Assembly (NCBI GenBank): GCA_964057225.1
Contig: OZ059897.1
Span: 20,522,001 to 20,586,000, forward strand
DNA: 64,000 bases
Source of the DNA: Auanema rhodensis
Lineage: Eukaryota > Animalia > Nematoda
Direction: 5' to 3'
Shown here: piece by piece, positions 30,001 to 41,239 of the stretch
Position numbering within the stretch: position 1 is the stretch's first letter
Layout of the letters: every line of letters begins with the position of its first letter
The notes under the pieces: generated by a model
The model's input: the letters and a program-made list of their open reading frames with translations, nothing else
Told to the model about the DNA's origin: nothing
Databases searched by the model: none
Position numbers and translations under genes: made by a program

Positions 30001-33000
30001 AGCTTAAAAATCCGCATCGAATGCACTATACTACATTAAGAAACGCTTAATACAAAAATTAGTTATGATCGTTTGAAAAATGATGCATTAGTGTATGTTG
30101 AGTTTCCATGTACACTCAACATTGCTTCCAAAAACATTTTGACAAAAATTTTTTCGAAAAATTTCAAAATAATTTAGCAAAAAGTAGATGTTTTTAGATT
30201 CCTTTTTTCAAGGCAAAGACGATGAACAATGTTATTCAACGAAAAAATTAATTCTTCAGGGTGAAAATCGAGGATATAAGTGTGAACTTATATCAGTTGA
30301 TATCTCGGTGCATTTTTAAGCTAGCGCAAATCTGATAACACAGATCGACGCAGCTTAAAAATCCGCATCGAATGCACTATACTACATTGAGAAACGCTTA
30401 ATACAAAAATTAGTTATGATCGTTTGAAAAATGATGCATTAGTGTATGTTGAGTTTCCATGTACACTCAACATTGCTTCCAAAAACATTTTGACAAAAAT
30501 TTTTTCGAAAAATTTCAAAATAATTTAGCAAAAAGTAGATGTTTTTAGATTCCTTTTTTTAAGGCGAAGACGATGGACGATGTTATTCAACGAAAAAATT
30601 AATTCTTCAGGGTGAAAATCGAGGATATAAGTGTGAACTTATATCAGTTGATATCTCGGTGCATTTTTAAGCTAGCGCAAATCTGATAACACAGATCGAC
30701 GCAGCTTAAAAATCCGCATCGAATGCACTATACTACATGGAAGAACGCTTAATACAAAAATTAGTTATGATCGTTTGAAAAATGATGCATTAGTGTATGT
30801 TGAGTTTCCATGTACACTCAACATTGCTTCCAAAAACATTTTGACAAAAATTTTTTCGAAAAATTTCAAAATAATTTAGCGAAAAGTAGATGTTTTTAGA
30901 TTCCTTTTTTCAAGGCAAAGACGATGGACAATGTTATTCAACGAAAAAATTATTTCTTCAGGGTGAAAATCGAGGATATAAGTGTGAACTTATATCAGTT
31001 GATATCTCGGTGCATTTTTAAGCTAGCGCAAATCTGATAACACAGATCGACGCAGCTTAAAAATCCGCATCGAATGCACTATACTACATTAAGAAACGCT
31101 TAATACAAAAATTAGTTATGATCGTTTGAAAAATGATGCATTAGTGTATGTTGAGTTTCCATGTACACTCAACATTGCTTCCAAAAACATTTTGACAAAA
31201 ATTTTTTCGAAAAATTTCAAAATAATTTAGCAAAAAGTAGATGTTTTTAGATTCCTTTTTTCAAGGCAAAGACGATGGACAATGTTATTTAACGAAAAAA
31301 TTAATTCTTCAGGGTGAAAATCGAGGATAAAAGTGTAAACTTATATCAGTTGATATCTCGGTACATTTTTAAGCTAGCGCAAATCTGATAACACAGATCG
31401 ACGCAGCTTAAAAATCCGCATCGAATGCACTATACTACATTAAGAAACGCTTAATACAAAAATTAGTTATGATCGTTTGAAAAATGATGCATTAGTGTAT
31501 GTTGAGTTTCCATGTACACTCAACATTGCTTCCAAAAACATTTTGACAAAAATTTTTTCGAAAAATTTCAGAATAATTTAGCAAAAAGTAGATGTTTTTA
31601 GATTCCTTTTTTCAAGGCAAAGACGATGAACAATGTTATTCAACGAAAAAATTAATTCTTCAGGGTGAAAATCGAGGATATAAGTGTGAACTTATATCAT
31701 TTGATATCTCGGTGCATTTTTAAGCTAGCGCAAATCTGATAACACAGATCGACGCAGCTTAAAAATCCGCATCGAATGCACTATACTACATTAAGAAACG
31801 CTTAATACAAAAATTAGTTATGATCGTTTGAAAAATGATGCATTAGTGTATGTTGAGTTTCCATGTACACTCAACATTGCTTCCAAAAACATTTTGACAA
31901 AAATTTTTTCGAAAAATTTCAAAATAATTTAGCAAAAAGTAGATGTTTTTAGATTCCTTTTTTCAAGGCAAAGACGATGAACAATGTTATTCAACGAAAA
32001 AATTAATTCTTCAGGGTGAAAATCGAGGATATAAGTGTGAACTTATATCAGTTGATATCTCGGTGCATTTTTAAGCTAGCGCAAATCTGATAACACAGAT
32101 CGACGCAGCTTAAAAATCCGCATCGAATGCACTATACTACATTGAGAAACGCTTAATACAAAAATTAGTTATGATCGTTTGAAAAATGATGCATTAGTGT
32201 ATGTTGAGTTTCCATGTACACTCAACATTGCTTCCAAAAACATTTTGACAAAAATTTTTTCGAAAAATTTCAAAATAATTTAGCAAAAAGTAGATGTTTT
32301 TAGATTCCTTTTTTTAAGGCGAAGACGATGGACGATGTTATTCAACGAAAAAATTAATTCTTCAGGGTGAAAATCGAGGATATAAGTGTGAACTTATATC
32401 AGTTGATATCTCGGTGCATTTTTAAGCTAGCGCAAATCTGATAACACAGATCGACGCAGCTTAAAAATCCGCATCGAATGCACTATACTACATGGAAGAA
32501 CGTTTAATACAAAAATTAGTTATGATCGTTTGAAAAATGATGCATTAGTGTATGTTGAGTTTCCATGTACACTCAACATTGCTTCCAAAAACATTTTGAC
32601 AAAAATTTTTTCGAAAAATTTCAAAATAATTTAGCGAAAAGTAGATGTTTTTAGATTCCTTTTTTCAAGGCAAAGACGATGGACAATGTTATTCAACGAA
32701 AAAATTATTTCTTCAGGGTGAAAATCGAGGATATAAGTGTGAACTTATATCAGTTGATATCTCGGTGCATTTTTAAGCTAGCGCAAATCTGATAACACAG
32801 ATCGACGCAGCTTAAAAATCCGCATCGAATGCACTATACTACATTAAGAAACGCTTAATACAAAAATTAGTTATGATCGTTTGAAAAATGATGCATTAGT
32901 GTATGTTGAGTTTCCATGTACACTCAACATTGCTTCCAAAAACATTTTGACAAAAATTTTTTCGAAAAATTTCAAAATAATTTAGCAAAAAGTAGATGTT

Positions 33001-36000
33001 TTTAGATTCCTTTTTTCAAGGCAAAGACGATGGACAATGTTATTTAACGAAAAAATTAATTCTTCAGGGTGAAAATCGAGGATAAAAGTGTAAACTTATA
33101 TCAGTTGATATCTCGGTACATTTTTAAGCTAGCGCAAATCTGATAACACAGATCGACGCAGCTTAAAAATCCGCATCGAATGCACTATACTACATTAAGA
33201 AACGCTTAATACAAAAATTAGTTATGATCGTTTGAAAAATGATGCATTAGTGTATGTTGAGTTTCCATGTACACTCAACATTGCTTCCAAAAACATTTTG
33301 ACAAAAATTTTTTCGAAAAATTTCAAAATAATTTAGCGAAAAGTAGATGTTTTTAGATTCCTTTTTTCAAGGCAAAGACGATGGACAATGTTATTCAACG
33401 AAAAAATTAATTCTTCAGGGTGAAAATCGAGGATATAAGTGTGAACTTATATCAGTTGATATCTCGGTACATTTTTAAGCTAGCGCAAATCTGATAACAC
33501 AGATCGACGCAGCTTAAAAATCCGCATCGAATGCACTATACTACATGGAAGAACGCTTAATACAGAAATTAGTTATGATCGTTTGAAAAATGATGCATTA
33601 GTGTATGTTGAGTTTCCATGTACACTCAACATTGCTTCCAAAAACATTTTGACAAAAATTTTTTCGAAAAATTTCAGAATAATTTAGCAAAAAGTAGATG
33701 TTTTTAGATTCCTTTTTTCAAGGCAAAGACGATGGACAATGTTATTTAACGAAAAAATTAATTCTTCAGGGTGAAAATCGAGGATAAAAGTGTAAACTTA
33801 TATCAGTTGATATCTCGGTACATTTTTAAGCTAGCGCAAATCTGATAACACAGATCGACGCAGCTTAAAAATCCGCATCGAATGCACTATACTACATTAA
33901 GAAACGCTTAATACAAAAATTAGTTATGATCGTTTGAAAAATGATGCATTAGTGTATGTTGAGTTTCCATGTACACTCAACATTGCTTCCAAAAACATTT
34001 TGACAAAAATTTTTTCGAAAAATTTCAAAATAATTTAGCAAAAAGTAGATGTTTTTAGATTCCTTTTCTCAAGGCAAAGACGATGGACAATGTTATTCAA
34101 CGAAAAAATTAATTCTTCAGGGTGAAAATCGAGGATATAAGTGTGAACTTATATCAGTTGATATCTCGGTACATTTTTAAGCTAGCGCAAATCTGATAAC
34201 ACAGATCGACGCAGCTTAAAAATCCGCATCGAATGCACTATACTACATGGAAGAACGCTTAATACAGAAATTAGTTATGATCGTTTGAAAAATGATGCAT
34301 TAGTGTATGTTGAGTTTCCATGTACACTCAACATTGCTTCCAAAAACATTTTGACAAAAATTTTTTCGAAAAATTTCAGAATAATTTAGCAAAAAGTAGA
34401 TGTTTTTAGATTCCTTTTTTCAAGGCAAAGACGATGGACAATGTTATTTAACGAAAAAATTAATTCTTCAGGGTGAAAATCGAGGATAAAAGTGTAAACT
34501 TATATCAGTTGATATCTCGGTACATTTTTAAGCTAGCGCAAATCTGATAACACAGATCGACGCAGCTTAAAAATCCGCATCGAATGCACTATACTACATT
34601 GAGAAACGCTTAATACAAAAATTAGTTATGATCGTTTGAAAAATGATGCATTAGTGTATGTTGAGTTTCCATGTACACTCAACATTGCTTCCAAAAACAT
34701 TTTGACAAAAATTTTTTCGAAAAATTTCAAAATAATTTAGCAAAAAGTAGATGTTTTTAGATTCCGTTTTTCAAGGCAAAGACGATGGACAATGTTATTC
34801 AACGAAAAAATTAATTCTTCAGGGTGAAAATCGAGGATATAAGTGTGAACTTATATCAGTTGATATCTCGGTGCATTTTTAAGCTAGCGCAAATCTGATA
34901 ACACAGATCGACGCAGCTTAAAAATCCGCATCGAATGCACTTTACTACATTGAGAAACGCTTAATACAAAAATTAGTTATGATCGTTTGAAAAATGATGC
35001 ATTAGTGTATGTTGAGTTTCCATGTACACTCAACATTGCTTCCAAAAACATTTTGACAAAAATTTTTTCGAAAAATTTCAAAATAATTTAGCGAAAAGTA
35101 GATGTTTTTAGATTCCTTTTTTTAAGGCGAAGACGATGGACGATGTTATTCAACGAAAAAATTAATTCTTCAGGGTGAAAATCGAGGATATAAGTGTGAA
35201 CTTATATCAGTTGATATCTCGGTGCATTTTTAAGCTAGCGCAAATCTGATAACACACATCGACGCAGCTTAAAAATCCGCATCGAATGCACTATACTACA
35301 TGGAAGAACGCTTAATACAAAAATTAGTTATGATCGTTTGAAAAATGATGCATTAGTGTATGTTGAGTTTCCATGTACACTCAACATTGCTTCCAAAAAC
35401 ATTTTGACAAAAATTTTTTCGAAAAATTTCAAAATAATTTAGCGAAAAGTAGATGTTTTTAGATTCCTTTTTTCAAGGCAAAGACGATGGACAATGTTAT
35501 TCAACGAAAAAATTATTTCTTCAGGGTGAAAATCGAGGATATAAGTGTGAACTTATATCAGTTGATATCTCGGTGCATTTTTAAGCTAGCGCAAATCTGA
35601 TAACACAGATCGACGCAGCTTAAAAATCCGCATCGAATGCACTATACTACATTAAGAAACGCTTAATACAAAAATTAGTTATGATCGTTTGAAAAATGAT
35701 GCATTAGTGTATGTTGAGTTTCCATGTACACTCAACATTGCTTCCAAAAACATTTTGACAAAAATTTTTTCGAAAAATTTCAAAATAATTTAGCAAAAAG
35801 TAGATGTTTTTAGATTCCTTTTTTTAAGGCAAAGACGATGGACGATGTTATTCAACGAAAAAATTAATTCTTCAGGGTGAAAATCGAGGATATAAGTGTG
35901 AACTTATATCAGTTGATATCTCGGTGCATTTTTAAGCTAGCGCAAATCTGATAACACAGATCGACGCAGCTTAAAAATCCGCATCGAATGCACTATACTA

Positions 36001-39000
36001 CATTGAGAAACGCTTAATACAAAAATTAGTTATGATCGTTTGAAAAATGATGCATTAGTGTATGTTGAGTTTCCATGTACACTCAACATTGCTTCCAAAA
36101 ACATTTTGACAAAAATTTTTTCGAAAAATTTCAAAATAATTTAGCAAAAAGTAGATGTTTTTAGATTCCTTTTTTTAAGGCGAAGACGATGGACGATGTT
36201 ATTCAACGAAAAAATTAATTCTTCAGGGTGAAAATCGAGGATATAAGTGTGAACTTATATCAGTTGATATCTCGGTGCATTTTTAAGCTAGCGCAAATCT
36301 GATAACACAGATCGACGCAGCTTAAAAATCCGCATCGAATGCACTATACTACATGGAAGAACGCTTAATACAAAAATTAGTTATGATCGTTTGAAAAATG
36401 ATGCATTAGTGTATGTTGAGTTTCCATGTACACTCAACATTGCTTCCAAAAACATTTTGACAAAAATTTTTTCGAAAAATTTCAAAATAATTTAGCGAAA
36501 AGTAGATGTTTTTAGATTCCTTTTTTCAAGGCAAAGACGATGGACAATGTTATTCAACGAAAAAATTATTTCTTCAGGGTGAAAATCGAGGATATAAGTG
36601 TGAACTTATATCAGTTGATATCTCGGTGCATTTTTAAGCTAGCGCAAATCTGATAACACAGATCGACGCAGCTTAAAAATCCGCATCGAATGCACTATAC
36701 TACATTAAGAAACGCTTAATACAAAAATTAGTTATGATCGTTTGAAAAATGATGCATTAGTGTATGTTGAGTTTCCATGTACACTCAACATTGCTTCCAA
36801 AAACATTTTGACAAAAATTTTTTCGAAAAATTTCAAAATAATTTAGCAAAAAGTAGATGTTTTTAGATTCCTTTTTTTAAGGCAAAGACGATGGACGATG
36901 TTATTCAACGAAAAAATTAATTCTTCAGGGTGAAAATCGAGGATATAAGTGTGAACTTATATCAGTTGATATCTCGGTGCATTTTTAAGCTAGCGCAAAT
37001 CTGATAACACAGATCGACGCAGCTTAAAAATCCGCATCGAATGCACTATACTACATTGAGAAACGCTTAATACAAAAATTAGTTATGATCGTTTGAAAAA
37101 TGATGCATTAGTGTATGTTGAGTTTCCATGTACACTCAACATTGCTTCCAAAAACATTTTGACAAAAATTTTTTCGAAAAATTTCAAAATAATTTAGCAA
37201 AAAGTAGATGTTTTTAGATTCCTTTTTTTAAGGCGAAGACGATGGACGATGTTATTCAACGAAAAAATTAATTCTTCAGGGTGAAAATCGAGGATATAAG
37301 TGTGAACTTATATCAGTTGATATCTCGGTGCATTTTTAAGCTAGCGCAAATCTGATAACACAGATCGACGCAGCTTAAAAATCCGCATCGAATGCACTAT
37401 ACTACATGGAAGAACGCTTAATACAAAAATTAGTTATGATCGTTTGAAAAATGATGCATTAGTGTATGTTGAGTTTCCATGTACACTCAACATTGCTTCC
37501 AAAAACATTTTGACAAAAATTTTTTCGAAAAATTTCAAAATAATTTAGCGAAAAGTAGATGTTTTTAGATTCCTTTTTTCAAGGCAAAGACGATGGACAA
37601 TGTTATTCAACGAAAAAATTATTTCTTCAGGGTGAAAATCGAGGATATAAGTGTGAACTTATATCAGTTGATATCTCGGTGCATTTTTAAGCTAGCGCAA
37701 ATCTGATAACACAGATCGACGCAGCTTAAAAATCCGCATCGAATGCACTATACTACATTAAGAAACGCTTAATACAAAAATTAGTTATGATCGTTTGAAA
37801 AATGATGCATTAGTGTATGTTGAGTTTCCATGTACACTCAACATTGCTTCCAAAAACATTTTGACAAAAATTTTTTCGAAAAATTTCAAAATAATTTAGC
37901 AAAAAGTAGATGTTTTTAGATTCCTTTTTTCAAGGCAAAGACGATGGACAATGTTATTCAACGAAAAAATTAATTCTTCAGGGTGAAAATCGAGGATATA
38001 AGTGTGAACTTATATCAGTTGATATCTCGGTACATTTTTAAGCTAGCGCAAATCTGATAACACAGATCGACGCAGCTTAAAAATCCGCATCGAATGCACT
38101 ATACTACATGGAAGAACGCTTAATACAGAAATTAGTTATGATCGTTTGAAAAATGATGCATTAGTGTATGTTGAGTTTCCATGTACACTCAACATTGCTT
38201 CCAAAAACATTTTGACAAAAATTTTTTCGAAAAATTTCAGAATAATTTAGCAAAAAGTAGATGTTTTTAGATTCCTTTTTTCAAGGCAAAGACGATGGAC
38301 AATGTTATTTAACGAAAAAATTAATTCTTCAGGGTGAAAATCGAGGATAAAAGTGTAAACTTATATCAGTTGATATCTCGGTACATTTTTAAGCTAGCGC
38401 AAATCTGATAACACAGATCGACGCAGCTTAAAAATCCGCATCGAATGCACTATACTACATTGAGAAACGCTTAATACAAAAATTAGTTATGATCGTTTGA
38501 AAAATGATGCATTAGTGTATGTTGAGTTTCCATGTACACTCAACATTGCTTCCAAAAACATTTTGACAAAAATTTTTTCGAAAAATTTCAAAATAATTTA
38601 GCGAAAAGTAGATGTTTTTAGATTCCTTTTTTCAAGGCAAAGACGATGGACAATGTTATTCAACGAAAAAATTATTTCTTCAGGGTGAAAATCGAGGATA
38701 TAAGTGTGAACTTATATCAGTTGATATCTCGGTGCATTTTTAAGCTAGCGCAAATCTGATAACACAGATCGACGCAGCTTAAAAATCCGCATCGAATGCA
38801 CTATACTACATTAAGAAACGCTTAATACAAAAATTAGTTATGATCGTTTGAAAAATGATGCATTAGTGTATGTTGAGTTTCCATGTACACTCAACATTGC
38901 TTCCAAAAACATTTTGACAAAAATTTTTTCGAAAAATTTCAAAATAATTTAGCAAAAAGTAGATGTTTTTAGATTCCTTTTTTCAAGGCAAAGACGATGG

Positions 39001-39938
39001 ACAATGTTATTCAACGAAAAAATTAATTCTTCAGGGTGAAAATCGAGGATATAAGTGTGAACTTATATCAGTTGATATCTCGGTACATTTTTAAGCTAGC
39101 GCAAATCTGATAACACAGATCGACGCAGCTTAAAAATCCGCATCGAATGCACTATACTACATGGAAGAACGCTTAATACAGAAATTAGTTATGATCGTTT
39201 GAAAAATGATGCATTAGTGTATGTTGAGTTTCCATGTACACTCAACATTGCTTCCAAAAACATTTTGACAAAAATTTTTTCGAAAAATTTCAGAATAATT
39301 TAGCAAAAAGTAGATGTTTTTAGATTCCTTTTTTCAAGGCAAAGACGATGGACAATGTTATTTAACGAAAAAATTAATTCTTCAGGGTGAAAATCGAGGA
39401 TAAAAGTGTAAACTTATATCAGTTGATATCTCGGTACATTTTTAAGCTAGCGCAAATCTGATAACACAGATCGACGCAGCTTAAAAATCCGCATCGAATG
39501 CACTATACTACATTGAGAAACGCTTAATACAAAAATTAGTTATGATCGTTTGAAAAATGATGCATTAGTGTATGTTGAGTTTCCATGTACACTCAACATT
39601 GCTTCCAAAAACATTTTGACAAAAATTTTTTCGAAAAATTTCAAAATAATTTAGCAAAAAGTAGATGTTTTTAGATTCCTTTTTTCAAGGCAAAGACGAT
39701 GGACAATGTTATTCAACGAAAAAATTAATTCTTCAGGGTGAAAATCGAGGATATAAGTGTGAACTTATATCAGTTGATATCTCGGTGCATTTTTAAGCTA
39801 GCGCAAATCTGATAACACAGATCGACGCAGCTTAAAAATCCGCATCGAATGCACTATACTACATTGAGAAACGCTTAATACAAAAATTAGTTATGATCGT
39901 TTGAAAAATGATGCATTAGTGTATGTTGAGTTTCCATG
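1..39938. repeat. 351-bp tandem satellite array, left part (~114 monomers; runs off the window start)
   Basis: The same sequence recurs every 351 bp (e.g. aaagtagatg at 1, 352, 703, 1054). Monomers differ by a few substitutions; a few are 350 bp. Confidence 0.99.
39934..39938. other. Target site duplication, left copy (CCATG)
   Basis: CCATG occurs once at this position in intact monomers but flanks both ends of the element (also 45828-45832). Confidence 0.85.
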
Positions 39939-40227
39939 TATTCCGAAAAGATACAGAATATAAAAATAATGATTTATTCAATTTATAATGATAAAACAGT
40001 TAATAATAAATGCGACTACGCGCTATGAGTCAACAATGTGAACTGATTTAAAAGTGAAACATTTGGCGTACGTCAGTTCACGTAAATATGACGTAAACTG
40101 TATACGACCGCTCACAACAGAAATATATTTTAAAATGAATTTACTTATTTTCTATTTAAAACCAATTTTCTTATGTTTTACTTAATTTAATGATTCATTA
40201 CTTATTCTTTCGTATATATACGAAACA
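39939..40227 (-). repeat. 3' LTR (289 bp)
   Basis: Matches 45539-45827 at 288/289 positions (t39941 vs c45541). Preceded on the minus strand by the PPT. Confidence 0.95.
39973..39978 (-). terminator. Candidate polyadenylation signal AATAAA in the 3' LTR
   Basis: Plus strand tttatt, ~35 nt from the LTR end. The context is AT-rich, so a chance match is possible. Confidence 0.45.
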
Positions 40228-40235
40228 TTCCCCTT
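40228..40235 (-). promoter_or_regulatory. Polypurine tract
   Basis: Minus strand AAGGGGAA directly abuts the TGT start of the 3' LTR and is preceded by a T run. Confidence 0.8.
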
Positions 40236-40369
40236 AAAAAAAGGGCATTTTCGAACAGATTATAGATTATAGGTGAATGGGGAATTTTTTGTTTCTTTCT
40301 TTGTATGAACGTCACTTTATGTGACCATTCCCCCGAAAACAAACTAGACCAATTTTATTTTCTTTATTT

Positions 40370-41239
40370 TCAGAAATATGGTTTGTAATCAATATTGGTA
40401 TTTTGTCTCAGTCTGTTTTTCCAAATTCCAATATTTTCCTCATTATTAACATTGTTACTGTTTTTTAGATTTTCTAATTCATTTATATCTATTTTCTGTT
40501 TGGTTTCTGTATTTTTAACTTTGTCTAGTTTTTCTTCGGTTATTTCTAAGGGTATCAGTTGATTTATAGATCTCAAAAGTCTGTTACCTTCAGAATTTCG
40601 TATTTTGACGCTTCGAATTTCTTTATCTTCAGAGACAATCAATTCTTCAATGACAGCTAAAGGCCATTTATGTCTTTTTACGTTATTCTCTTTACAAAGG
40701 ACAATTTCACCAACTACAGGAGTTGCTTTTGAATAGCTTTTACTCAAACTTTTCTTATTTGATAGATTCCTTAGTTCTTCAAGGTATGTTTCACTCCAAG
40801 CTCTCCAAAACTGATTTATGTTCGAAGTACATGAGTTTAAATACTCAATTATATCGTTTTTATTATTTATTACGTTTTTTTCCTTGTTGTCGATGTTAAA
40901 TTGACAGATTAAATTTTCTGGATGAAATATTTCTAAACTCTTTGGAGTAATGATGCTATCAAAATCGTTATTTATATATGAAATTGGTCTTGAATTGATG
41001 ATATTTTCAATCTCTGATAATATGACCAGTAATTCGTTATATTTCAATTTTTTCCCTTCGATATTTTTTATCAAATATTTCTTTGTTAAACCAATTAATC
41101 TTTCATAAAAACCTCCTTTCCACGGGGAATACGGAGTGATCATTTTCCATTGTATTTTCTTATTTTCGAGAAAGTTTTGAAAAATTTTCTCGGTCTTACA
41201 GAATTGAGAACCATTATCTGATATAATTTTACTTGGTAT
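40370..41239 (-). pseudogene. Integrase C-terminal half (partial DDE core plus DUF5641-like domain), N-terminally deleted
   Basis: The frame opens at 41239: IPSKIISDNGSQF...ITPYSPWKGGFYERLIG...INSRPI...FWRAWSETYLEELR...KWPLAVIEEL...LIPLE. No HHCC finger or first catalytic Asp lies upstream. Confidence 0.9.

Noticed and set aside
1-39938. CRISPR array, or tandem 5S/SL/tRNA/snRNA gene cluster
   Set aside because: There are no unique spacers and no recognisable 5S, SL1, tRNA cloverleaf or B-box sequence. AATTTTTG Sm-like sites are expected by chance in this composition.
39937-39938. Canonical TG...CA boundary at 39937 with a 3-bp TSD (CCA)
   Set aside because: The TG is part of the satellite target and the 5' LTR has TA at the equivalent position. 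A 5-bp TSD is the usual size for BEL/Pao.
40037-40044. TGTGAACT shared between the LTR and the satellite, suggesting the satellite derives from the LTR
   Set aside because: Only 8 bp with no extension; compatible with chance.
40228-40369. env-like gene or extra ORF after integrase
   Set aside because: Only ~140 bp separate the integrase stop from the 3' LTR.
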